Source: Podarcis gaigeae (lineage: Eukaryota). From it: a stretch of 64,000 nt of DNA. The notes beneath the pieces are model-generated. The model was not told the DNA's origin. It saw only the letters and a list, made by a program, of their open reading frames with translations, and did no database searches. The stretch lies in assembly GCA_964106915.2 (NCBI GenBank), contig OZ066922.1; one strand, written 5' to 3'. Of this stretch, positions 50,693 through 62,213 are shown in pieces (the stretch's first letter is position 1; each line of letters starts with the position of its first letter). The position numbers and the translations under genes were made by a program.

Positions 50693-52053
50693 TTGGGTAG
50701 TTTTTGCTGTCCGAAGTGAGAATCTGAGTTGTAATGCTTTTGTTCATTTCAAAGTTGTTCAGTACCACTCAGTGTGAGACACTGAACCGGTATAGATTAC
50801 AACCCTATGAGGGTGGGAGTCTAGATGGGAGTAGTTTTGTTGCTGGTTATATGACACTACATTGCCCTAGAATGAATGAGCTGGTCTCCCTCCTGTCTCA
50901 AGGCACCCACAGGCTACTGGAAGATGGGAGACAAAGGTTAATATTTCAATGGGTATGGTTGTCGCTAAAAAAGTAAATATATTGAAGTGACAGGAGGATG
51001 TCACAATTCTGTCATTTTGTTCCACTTTGTGAATTGTTTTGACAGAAAAACAGGCTACAAATCACTAAGCAAATAAATAACTTTTTGTGTGAACCTATTT
51101 CCTTACCAGCCAGACTGTATGGTAAATATTGTTGGCCACTGTGTGCCACCATGGAACCTGGCAACACCAGCATGGGTATTATTTGACCGATTCATGTATT
51201 CAGAGAAATTTTAGCTACTACTGTTACTGCATCAAGCAGCTGTTGTGGAGAAGTATTTCTCTGAATAGGAGGAACTGTGTCACACTTTTAACATTGTGTG
51301 TGTGTACGCGTGTGTGAAGAGAGAGACAGAAGGAGATGGAGCTGGTCTCTTCCAAGTCATGGTACATATACGGTTTTCTTTCCATCAATGGCTACTGGCT
51401 CTTTAAAGACTAAAGACAGAGGCCTTCCTATGCAACCTGACATGTGGCTGATACCTTGATCTATAAGAGGGATGGGAAACCTGTGGCTCTCTAGGTGTAG
51501 TTAAGACTACACCTAGCATGGCCAGTGGTGGAAGATTATGGGAGGGCCAGCTTCAATGGCATCTGGAGATTCAAGTCTATAAGAAACCATCTCACCAAAT
51601 GGCTCTCTACCTGCTTCTCTTCCCCCTCCAATAAGGCTGGCACAGATGAATCCTTTCCTCAACTAATTCCCTTAAACCAGGAAGGTTTCAGCTGCCCATC
51701 CAAAGTCATTCCACGGTGAAATACGTCGCACGTGGCCTCTGCCATGACACAAGCAGCTCAGCCAGCCCACTAAGCCGAGTCGAAATCATGGCTCCGAAGG
51801 TGTAGGCAGAGATCCTCAAAGCCTGGTTACCAGGAAAGATTATCATTATCACCATAGCATCCCTTGCATGCGTCTCCAGGTCCGCGCACGCGATGACCTC
51901 AATGCTGAGAAACAAGGCAGGAATTTGCAAGGGAGAGAGAGGTTGTTTATTCCACCTGAGAAAGCAAAGGAAAAAATGGGGGCGGTGGGGTGGAGGAAAG
52001 AGGAGACACCCAGGACACCCCCAACCCAGCACTGCGTCAGGGGCTTCCCTTAC

Positions 52054-52375
52054 CAGGCTCGTGCTCGCCCGGGTTGTCGGAGAGCTCGATGACCAGCAGC
52101 TCCCGGCCCTCGGAGCTGCGGCCCACGGTGTAGATCCTGCTGATGGACGAGCACTGCAGCCACACCGAGACCATCGCCTCGCGCATCTCCGGGTAGCGGT
52201 GGTACTCGAAGGAGATGCCGTCCTCCTGGCTGAGGCGGCGACGCCGGTTCGCCGAGCCGCCGCCTGCCGCTTCGGGCTGCTCCGCCTCGGAGCCCTGCTG
52301 CCGCAAGGCGAAGGCGCCCAGCGCGCCGCAGAGCGCCGCCAGCAGCAGCGCCCAGAGCCCACCTCGCCGCGCCAT
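52054..52375 (-). CDS. CPE: Orphan duplicate of CPE coding exon 1 (intact ORF and donor; MSMO1 copy 1 lies between it and any further CPE exon)
   Basis: No nucleotide difference seen versus 23383-23704; only about 600 bp of intron 1 homology follows; expression unknown. Confidence 0.85.
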
Positions 52376-52730
52376 GCCTGACGGAGAAGAAGGACGGGCG
52401 AGCGAGCGAGCGAGCGCGGCTGGCAATGCGCGCTTCTGCCTCTGCTTCTTCGCTCAGCTGCTGCCTTGACGTGCTGCGTCGACGCGGGCTGCGCTCCCTC
52501 TGCGCCCGCCTCCCCCTCCCGCAGGCGGAGAAACCTGCTCCGTCCAGGAAGAGCGCTCGCGCCGCAGCCTGCACTACTCGCGCCGCAGCCGCCGGGGGGA
52601 GACGCAAGGATGTACCACTGCCGCGCGCGGGGGATGCGAAGGTGTGACGTGCCGCCACGCGCGCGCGCGCGCGCCGCCCTGTCCACCTGGCAGCGCACAG
52701 GCGCCGCGATTGGCCAGGTGCGGGAGGGTG
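52376..52730 (-). promoter_or_regulatory. CPE: Duplicated CPE CpG-island promoter / 5' UTR
   Basis: Near-identical to 23705-24110, CpGs retained, about 53 bp shorter. Confidence 0.75.
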
Positions 52731-53127
52731 TGCCTCTCAGGACCCTCTGCACATGCTCCAAACCTCTCCATAGGATGAAGTGCATGTATGCCTGCCTACC
52801 AGAACGCGTGCCACCCTAGGAACCATATCCTAGAGGCCGAGGTCACTTTGACGCCACCCCCTACAATAAAATATTTGATCGATTATGCAGGACCCCCCTC
52901 CAATATTTATTCAGGTTGGCCATGCGTGCCACAATCAGGGTGCGACTGGGCTTTAACATCCCACAAGGTTCTGCTGCTTTCCCATGCTCAAAAATCACTG
53001 TTCGTTTCACATGTTTGTTGAGTAGTCAGCTATACAGCTGCAGATAAAACGTTTTAGGTGTGTTTTAAGTGCATTATACAAACGTGACACCAGATGGCGC
53101 TGGTAAGCTAATGCCAAATTACATACA

Positions 53128-53361
53128 CAGTGGTACCTCGGGTTAAGTACTTAATTTGTTCTGGAGGCCTGTTCTTAACCCAGAACTGTTCCTAATCTGA
53201 AGCACCACTTTAGCTAATGGGGCCTCCTGCTGCCACCAGAGCACGATTTCTGTTCTCATCCTGAAGCAAAGTTCTTAACCCGAGGTACTATTTCTGGGTT
53301 AGCGGAATCTGTAACCTGAAGCATCTGTAACCTGAAGCATCTGTAACCTGAGGTAGCACTG
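53128..53361. mobile_element. Tc1/mariner MITE, copy-2 specific
   Basis: TIR CAGTGGTACCTC ... GAGGTAGCACTG; sits at the site occupied by BovB in copy 1. Confidence 0.9.
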
Positions 53362-53785
53362 TATACAGTATTTTAAACCTTTTTTTTAAAAAAAAAGAAA
53401 GCATGTTCACAGCGTTTTTTTATACCTGTGTCGATTCAGCCTATATTTACACTCATAGGAAACTGCCCTACTCTCCAAGGTCACTTCCAGACTACCTGGT
53501 TACTGAGCATTCTGGTTTGTTTATAGGAAGTTTGCAGGGACATTTTTTGTTATTACTTATTTGAATTGTTGCCAATCCTTCATCATGAAGTTTCAGGGCA
53601 AGTTACAACAATTTTTAAAATACAATATTCCGAGCAATTAAAGCAAATGAGATGACATTGCTTCAAGCATTATCCTGCCCTTTCTGTTGCATTTTCCTAT
53701 CCTTATTGCAAACACATTATACGTATACATATACATGTATACATATATATGTGTGTGTGTGTATGTATGTATACATATATATGTA

Positions 53786-54144
53786 TTATGGTGCTGGAGG
53801 AGACTCTTGAGAGTCCCATGGACTGCAAGAAGATCCAGCCTATCCATTCTTAAGGAAATAGCCCTGAGTTTTCACTGGAAGGACAGATCGTGAAGCTGAG
53901 GCTCCAATACTTTGGCTACCTCATGAGAAGAGAAGACTCCCTGGAAAAAACCCTGATGTTGGGAAAGATGGAGGGCACCAGGAGAAGGGGACGACAGAGG
54001 ACGAGATAGTTGGACAGTGTTCTCGAAGCTACCAGCATGAGTTTGACCAAACTGCGGGAGGCAGTGGAAGACAGGAGTGCCTGGTGTGCTCTGGTCCATG
54101 GGGTTACAAACAGTCAGACATGACTAAATGACTAAATAACAACA

Positions 54145-54145
<1 letters not shown>
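53786..54145 (+). mobile_element. 3' BovB fragment (copy 2, uninterrupted)
   Basis: Matches the 3' end of 25029-28256 and the fragment at 28966. Confidence 0.92.
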
Positions 54146-54182
<37 letters not shown>

Positions 54183-55161
54183 CCAATTTTGCGGGGAAAG
54201 GTGGTTTGTTGCGCAAGAGCTTCAAAGCAACTGTAACAGAGCAACCTGAATTTCCCACCCAGAAATATTAATGGACTAGAAAAACTAGTCCATCAATCTC
54301 ATTACTCCCTACACAATGACAACTATTGAATATGGAGCGTTCTACATGCAAGGCAGGCAATCACTCTATTTCTATAAAATATGAAGAGCAGTTCACCATT
54401 TTAATAAATAATTGTAAGATATCAGTGAAGCAGCAACAATCTTTAAAAACAGCACAATCCTATACATACGAGTTTCACAGAGATTAATGGTGCTTATTCC
54501 CTGGTAAGCAGGTACAGGTTTGCAACCTAAAAGGTTAATACAGTATAGGGATTGCGGTGGGAGAAGGAAGAGCTAAACTTCCCCTTCTTGTGGACTGTGG
54601 TCCTAATCTAGATTAGGCTGCTCCTGTGCTTGGCTTTCATTAAAAACAAACCCTGAGGTGGCTAAAGCAAAGCATTTAATGCCACACAATGTGCAATAAG
54701 GGACCTCATGTATCAGACCACAGACCACAGAAAGTATGAAAAATACTCTAAAAACATATTAAAGAGGAACAAAGAGGTCCTTTGCATATTGTTCATTGCC
54801 TCTTTTTTATTTGTTTACTTGCGGACATTAAAAGGATATATTTTTTATATTTGTGGGCCTTTCCAGTGCTTGTGTTATGAAATGGAGACCACAATCCTCT
54901 CATGCTTGCTTTGCCTTTCTTTCAGAGGCAGTAATACTTCTGAAAACCAGTTTCTGGAAACCTCAGGAGGGGAGAGCAATCTTGTGCTTGCTTCCTGCTT
55001 GCGGGTTTCCCACAGACATCTGGCTGGCCAGCGTGAGAACAGGATGATGGACAGGGCTGGATTTAGGCTTGATGAGGCCCTAAGCTACTGAAGGTAATGG
55101 GGCCCTTTATATGTCCAGCTGCTCTTTGTCAACAACACATTTTCAGTTTTTGTGTTGAATA

Positions 55162-55432
55162 CCGTATTTTTCGCCCTATAGGACGCACTTTTCCCCCTCC
55201 AAAAATGAAGGGGAAATCCGTGTGCATCCTATGGGGCGAATGCAGGCTTTCGCTGAAGTCTGGAGAGCGAGAGGGGTCGGTGCGCACCAACCCCTCTCGC
55301 TCCCCAGGCTTCAGGAGAGCCCCACCGCCAGCCCCACAAGCTTGGGGGACAGCAGGGAGGCGGAACGCCGCCATCCCGCTGTCCCCCGACTTGGTTAGAA
55401 GGCTGGCGGGGGGGGGGGGGGAGAAGCTTTTC
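55162..55432. mobile_element. Tc2-like DNA transposon, right end missing, copy-2 specific
   Basis: TA then CCGTATTTTTCGCCCTATAGGACGCAC, same TIR type as 1014-1475. Confidence 0.8.
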
Positions 55433-55439
55433 AGTTAGT

Positions 55440-55633
55440 TTAACTTAACAAATTTAACTAAATAATCATTAAATTTATTCCACTCTTCCTGATACTCCTC
55501 CTCCTTCTGGTCACGGACTCTTCCGGTTAGGTCGGCTAGCTCCGAAAAATCCATCATCTTCATCTGCCTTTCTTCTATTGTTGGTAATTATTGGGTTTTC
55601 CACTTTTTAGCTAACAAAATACGAGCAACAGTT
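55440..55633 (-). mobile_element. L1-clade ORF2 C-terminal fragment, copy-2 specific
   Basis: Minus strand reads TVARILLAKKWKTQ*LPTIEERQMKMMDFSELADLTGRVRDQ...EEWNKF, homologous to the C-terminus of the LINE at 3636-5858. Confidence 0.85.
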
Positions 55634-56160
55634 CTGGCCCCTGTTCATTGTCAGGACTCCCTCCTCCCCTGAAATCTCCAACCACTGTGGCCTGCTGAGA
55701 AGGAGGGTGCGGCTGCTTTTTCCTCCTGGGCGAAGGATTAAGAAGATTGCCTAAGGCCATGGCAGGGGAGGGGCAGAATTATTTTCACCAGAACCTTGCT
55801 CAGTGTTCATTCACTGTCTCTTATTGTTACTCCGTGGGAGGTAATTAATCTGAAGAGTCATACCTTATTATGCTGCAATGCAACAAAACATTGCTGTGGG
55901 GTGTGTTCCTGTTCACTGTTCTTGTCAGACAACCATACCCTCTTCCTCAAAAGTCCACTCCATTCCAGTCTTCTCACTTACCCAGTCAACAGTGCATGGC
56001 CTCTTAGCATGCTCTGTCCTCGTCTAGCTGTTTTGCCAGTTCCAATATATTTTGCTGCCTGAGGCAAAGAACAAGATGGCACTCTATCCAACCCACTTCC
56101 ACCTAAAGGAAATTGGACTGGCAAGCTGAATCTTACTTTTGCATTTACAGGGTAGTGCCC

Positions 56161-56353
56161 CTTACAGATAGGTAGCCATGTTGGTCTGCCATAGTCAAAA
56201 CAAAAAAAATTCCTTCCAGTAGCACCTTAAAGACCAACTAAGTTAGTTCTTGGTATGGTATCTGTAGAAGTGTGCATGCACACGAAAGCTCATACCAAGA
56301 ACTAACTTAGTTGGTCTTTAAGGTGCTACTGGAAGGAATTTTTTTTGTTTTGA
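56161..56353. mobile_element. Fold-back insertion with 63-bp perfect arms (probably Penelope-derived), copy-2 specific
   Basis: Arms 56195-56257 and 56291-56353, 33-nt loop, TSD AGGGTAGTGCCC; empty site at about 32597; family assignment from recall of squamate repeats only. Confidence 0.75.
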
Positions 56354-57848
56354 GGGTAGTGCCCTTTAGTGCTCACTTAGCAGGCTTGTAGCCCACCCAT
56401 AGCTCTGATTTCCAACAGAGTGGAATGTCCAGGGAGCCAGAAGGAATGGCTGGTGGGCTACCACTGTCCAAGGAACAGACCAAGGAAATCCCCAAACCAA
56501 GCACAGAGAAGAAAAAAACACAGAACATGCAAATGTGAATTTGTTCTTTGTTCAAATACACATCTAGTATTGAAATTATTCAAATACACATCTAGTATAA
56601 GACAGGGTAGATACAGTAAACATATGAAGCTTAGTAACACAAATATTCACGAGAAAGACTTCATAGGTTTAAAGGAATTTGGGCAATAAAATAAGTGTTA
56701 GGAGTCACTTCCAAACCTGGAGGTTGTACGGTAAGGCAAATTGATTTTGATTACAAATAATGAATGCAATGGAGAACAATAACTGGAAACAAATCTATTA
56801 CTTTTATTAATACTGTACAAAAAAGTAGAAGAGCAGCAGAGAATATAGGAGAATATAGGATTGTTTCTGAAATACTGTCATGCAAACTTTTTCTCCCCCG
56901 AAGAATAAAATTCTAGAAACAGCAGAGTGGAAGGGTCTGTGAAGGGTATTGGCCAGGGGAGTGGAGAGGGCCCGGAAGGCCAAATGAAGAGGTCTGCAGA
57001 GGCACATTTGATCCCCAGGCCTAAGGTTTCTCATCCCTGATGTATATTCTCAGACACTAATTATGGTCAACACCCTCGTTTTCTGAATGTTATAAAGGAA
57101 CAGGAAAACATAGCTCAAATTCCAATATATATATCTATTTATTTGTTGCATGGTAAACATGAAAATGTCAGACTACCTTTACAATTTTTTTTTTGCCCAC
57201 GACAAGTGCAAAATATAGCAATCATTCAGTAGTTTGCAAATATTTATTTATGAACATTAACTACATTGACACAGTTAATTTAGTAAAAGAGAATAGAAAG
57301 GCTCATCCCAGCAGATTAAGAAGAAGGGGAGAAAAAAGGTTCCTCTCTCAAACACCAGACTAAGAAAGGTTTTTTAAAGGAAACAACTATTAATATGTGC
57401 AAATACTCCTCTTCCGGTATTTTTGCTCCCAAGGAAGTTCTACTCAGCAGCTTATTAAACCAATTTTTATGGGTATGCTTCAGAAGAAACTTAACTTCAT
57501 ATATCCAAATACTTTACAAACAGTTCTATCCAACTCTAATGGAAACTTTATTCTTTTACAAACTTTGTTCTTTACAAACATTCAAATTTGTGGCCTTCAT
57601 CTTTAACCTTTACTTAAATATATATGCTTCACTTGCGTATAAAATAGAAAATGCATTCATTTTAGGAAGATAGGGCCGTTTCCTCTAGCACACAGCTAGG
57701 GCCCAGCAGGCTTGTTCTTGGGCTCCAGTTAAAAGCATCATATAGCTTTGAATTTGCACAGGGTGTTAAATCTTCCAGGCTTAACCAAAAGTTCATGGTA
57801 GTTATGTGCATTTGTCAAGTGCTCCTCCTTATATTTCTGCAGGGAAAT

Positions 57849-58056
57849 TTATTTGGTCTTCTTTTCCACCATGCACTCTTGTTTCTCCAATTTCTCTCTG
57901 TAAGAATTGTACTGCGAGTCGGTACCAAACAGTTTATCCCACCACGTGAAGGTTGAAGCATAGTTGCCAATGAAGTTCATATGGTGGAAGTCATGGAATC
58001 GAGCCCCAGCATAGAAAGGCACCAAATGCAATGGATTCAGAGGAATGTCGTAGCCG
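57849..58056 (-). CDS. MSMO1: MSMO1 copy 2, exon 6
   Basis: 208 nt, intact, LHLVPF versus LHLLPF in copy 1. Confidence 0.96.
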
Positions 58057-58484
58057 CTAAGGAGAGCGAGAGAGAGAGGAGAATTTACAATACAGATACG
58101 GAAGACATTGCTCGCATTTCCATTCAAGTGAAGCATTGCTAAAATCAGAAGCAAGTCCCACAGAGTTTAATGGGGCTTACTCTCTTGTAAGCGGGTATAG
58201 GACTACAACCATAGACATTTACCAGTTTCCATATTAACTTGGTTGTAATACCCCTGAAGTTCCTGGACTATGCAACTGGACAACATACTTCTGAAGCTGT
58301 AAAAGTAGCATCCGCCATGTGGTATTTAAAATGTGTTTCTTACTTCTGTACTGATGATACATGCTTTATATATAGTCCCTGCAAGGAGGTCATGTAAATA
58401 TCTCAGCACAAAGTGTCCACAACACTATGCCAAACAGAGGAATGAAATAGTTGAAAAATGTGGGCTCTCTCTCTCTCTCCCACA

Positions 58485-58552
<68 letters not shown>

Positions 58553-59384
58553 CTGGATACATAGCTAGACTTTGCTGGGAAAGTATTCAATGAATCAAGG
58601 GTGGCCAACCTATGGCTCTCCAAATGTTGTTCCCATCAACTAAAAATTATGGTTAAATGTTCTCTCTAACCATAATTTGTTTCACTTGTTCAGACATCAC
58701 AAGGAATTCTAGTTAGCTTAACATTAAAAAGCTTTCTATCTGAAATAAATAAATAAATAAATATAAATTCATTCATTCATTCATTCATTCATTCATTCAT
58801 TCATTCATTTATAGCCTTCCCATCTGGCTGTGTTGCCCCAGCCACTCTGTATCTATCTTTGACATGTGAAAATAGAGGGGAAGAGGGAGCATGTGAGCCT
58901 AAGGCTCATTTAGGTAGCATAGTTTCCAGTTGCATCTTATCATTTCTAGTTACATCTTAATCATACTTAATAGAGCAGCTTTTATGTGGAACTTAAGGTG
59001 ACCCTACTTGCTCAAAGAGTATCAAATTAGTTTGTAAGCTTGTCATCTAAAGAATCATGTGCAGTAGAATCCTCTGAATGTTTATGCAAACTCTGCTAAA
59101 GTCACTGAAACTTACTCTAAGGTAGGAATGCACAGGATTTCAGTCTTAAATACATGCACTTAGAATAAGGACATTTAGAGGAAATCCCGAATAGTTAATA
59201 GATTTTTTTTTTAAGTCATTTGTCTAGATTTTACCTGGTGACTTTGGGTGGGATTCAACGAAGTGTGACTTAGAGTACACCTAGATGACTAATTTAGGTC
59301 TAATACCCCAAGTAACACGTTTTTGAATACAACCCTCTATATTTCTGATGAATATGACCAGACTGAACAGCGAAAGTAGATTAC

Positions 59385-59539
59385 CTGTGGACGTCAATGG
59401 TCTCCAGCAAGCGACAGATCACCCATGCCCACAGAAGAATCACGTGATTGCAAAACACCATTATTCCAATGAAAAACCCAGCTCCAAGGATAAGGGTTTC
59501 CAGAGGGTGTGCATATTCAGCTTGCATTCCAAACGGAGC
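59385..59539 (-). CDS. MSMO1: MSMO1 copy 2, exon 5
   Basis: 155 nt, same as copy 1, splice sites intact. Confidence 0.96.
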
Positions 59540-60735
59540 CTATGAAAGGAGGAAGAGGGGAGAAAATGCTCTTTTGTATGCCAAGACATAAATATACTTT
59601 ACGGCTAATCTGAAATGTATACAGTGGGTTACGAACTAAATTTGTTCCGGAGGTCCGTTCTTAATCTGAAACCGTTCTTAACCTGAGGTACCACTTTAAC
59701 TAATGGGGCCTCCTGCCGCTGCTGCACGGTTTCTGTTCTCATCCTGAGGTATAGTTTTTAACCCGAGGTACTACTTCTGGGTTAGCGGAGTCTGTAACCT
59801 GAAGTGTTTGTAACCCGTGATACGACAGTACGTATCTGCATGGCCAGGTTGTTCTAGCAGAGTTCGCCCCCTCTCGCACTCAGATCCTGGTTTTAATGTT
59901 ACATACAGGTAACAGAGGAATGAGTGAACTGTGTTTAGCTCTACTCCAACTCTTTATGACTACAAATTCTGGACTGCCCCTGAGACAGTATAATTTCAGC
60001 TGGTAGCATAGAACCATGATCACTTAAGACGACAGAGTAAGAACCCCCTGTAAAATATTCAGAATGGAAGCAAATCATAGCTTATATGAAAACTTTACAG
60101 TGATGCTTTCCTCACCTTCAGATCCCCCTGAAGGTTTTTCTGAGTCTTTAGTCTATGCTCCCTACTGAGTGTTATTTCAGTAATAGAAGCTAGCTATTCA
60201 AAAAAGCAATTGGAGGATGGTTGTTAGGGGAACCACCCAATGTAGGTTACAGGTGGGCTTTAGCTCAGTTGTACAGCACAGTGATACAGAAGGACTAAAG
60301 TTCAGTCACTGGTCTCTCTGTTTAATAGGACCTCAGTAAGTAAGGAGACTGGAGAATTGCTGCTGGTCAGACTTCACTACAAATATACTAGGTCAAAGTG
60401 GGTTATGTTCCTAACCTACATGATCATTATCAGAATTGTAGGGGAAACCACCTGAAGGGATTTTTGTATTTTATAGCCAGTCATTGGTGGGTAAGATGTT
60501 AGACATATTCAGAGCACAGCATTTAAATTGGCGAACTATTTTGAGCGATCAGTTTCGAAGTCTGTCCAACTACAGCAATATTAAACTCTTGATGAAAACA
60601 GTTTGCTAAGCGTGCTGTTTTCTCTTCTCCCTTTTTACAAAAAGAATAGCTAATGTATGCCTAGTGCTTTTATATGCTCACAGCATTACAGCATTAACTA
60701 GGTAACGTTCACCAAGAATTTAAGGCAATACATAC

Positions 60736-60862
60736 CACAAACTCATGATGCACTTTGTGGATGTACTTATATATTCTCTTGTGATGCAGCAGCCTATGCA
60801 GAAAATAATGCCAGGCATCCTCAATCACAGCACACCCAAAACATTGAGAAAGTAGCACATAC
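60736..60862 (-). CDS. MSMO1: MSMO1 copy 2, exon 4
   Basis: 127 nt, two synonymous differences from copy 1. Confidence 0.96.
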
Positions 60863-61251
60863 CTGGGGGGGGGGGGGTAGGGAAAGAGAAGCATTTGTTA
60901 AGACAAGTACAATAGATTAGGACACCTTGTCTCCCAACCCAATTTTTGCTTTTTACAAATCATTGTAGCAGTTTTCTAAAACTAATTTCACATTAAAATT
61001 TACTTAATCCATTAACATTTTTCTTTCTTGCAAATCAGTTGTAATTTGTAATGATAAGAACGCTTTATAGGGAAAGTTCAGCTTGAAAATGACTGACAAC
61101 TAGAAACTTCTTGTTATTGTTCTGTGCAGAACTTTTAGAAATCTTCCATATGCTGAAGTGCAGTGCTTGATCATAACAGGATTTGAGAAACACTGCATTT
61201 ACTGAAGTACTTAACTGCACAGAGCTCTTTAAGTGAAATCCATCTACTTAC

Positions 61252-61400
61252 CATCTTGGCATGCTTTCCCAGTCATAAGGAATATTAAAATATTCTGTGA
61301 AGTAAAAGGTACCAAGTATCAGAGGAAACTGAATAAAAAAGTGATTGAACATAAGTGCCTTGAAACACTTCCATTGTCTTTCCCAGGTTTCTGGCTTATC
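61252..61400 (-). CDS. MSMO1: MSMO1 copy 2, exon 3
   Basis: 149 nt, same as copy 1, splice sites intact. Confidence 0.96.
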
Positions 61401-62213
61401 CTGTAAACAAGAAATAAAAGTATTTTATAAATATAAGTAGAATATTCCAATGATATTACTGAAGATGTGATACATGGGAATAAGTACTAAATGAATAGTA
61501 CTTCATACTATAATAGAAGAATACCTAAATTAAAGGTAACGGAATATCAGCTTTGTCTTATCTGACACTGTTTCAACTGATAATGCCCCAAAATGCAGCA
61601 ACACTGCTGCCTGTGATTATCAATGTTTCCATTAATATCAGATATACATTTCAATGTTGATTCCCTGCCAATTATCATGCTACTCCAGGTGTACTTGGGG
61701 TAAGGCGAGAGATAAATATTAAGGTAGTGTTAGAATGCTCAGATTTTTGTCTTTCAGCCCGGGAACAGTACTGCCATTTGGTCTGAATTTATTGTTAATG
61801 AATCAAGATTACAAATGCTATTTTCAAGTCAAAAGGAAGCAGTTATGGTATGCATAGATCACAGCATCTATGGCATCAGAGCAGGGATGAGTAACTTGTG
61901 ACCTTCCAAACATTGTTGAACTCCAGATTCTGTCAGCCCCAGCCGGCATAGCCCATGGTCAGGAATGAGCGGAGCTCATATATCTGGAGGGCCACAGGTT
62001 TCCCCACCCCTGAATTAGTTTGGAGCCTGTACATTGTTTCAAGAAGGCTGCAGAAAATCAGCACAGTAAAGTAATCATGGTTTTATAACAGACTGGGCTC
62101 ATTATCTCATTAGGAAGCAGGATACTATGATCTATCCACCTTTTAGTAGAAACTGGATTGAGAAGGCACCAGAATTCTATACGATACAAGTTTCACTGAC
62201 TTATTATTCAATA

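Noticed and set aside
48800-51446. Possible KLHL2 3' end (upstream neighbour of MSMO1 in human) and a consensus-like minus-strand donor at about 51104
   Set aside because: No kelch coding sequence found and no matching acceptor or ORF identified
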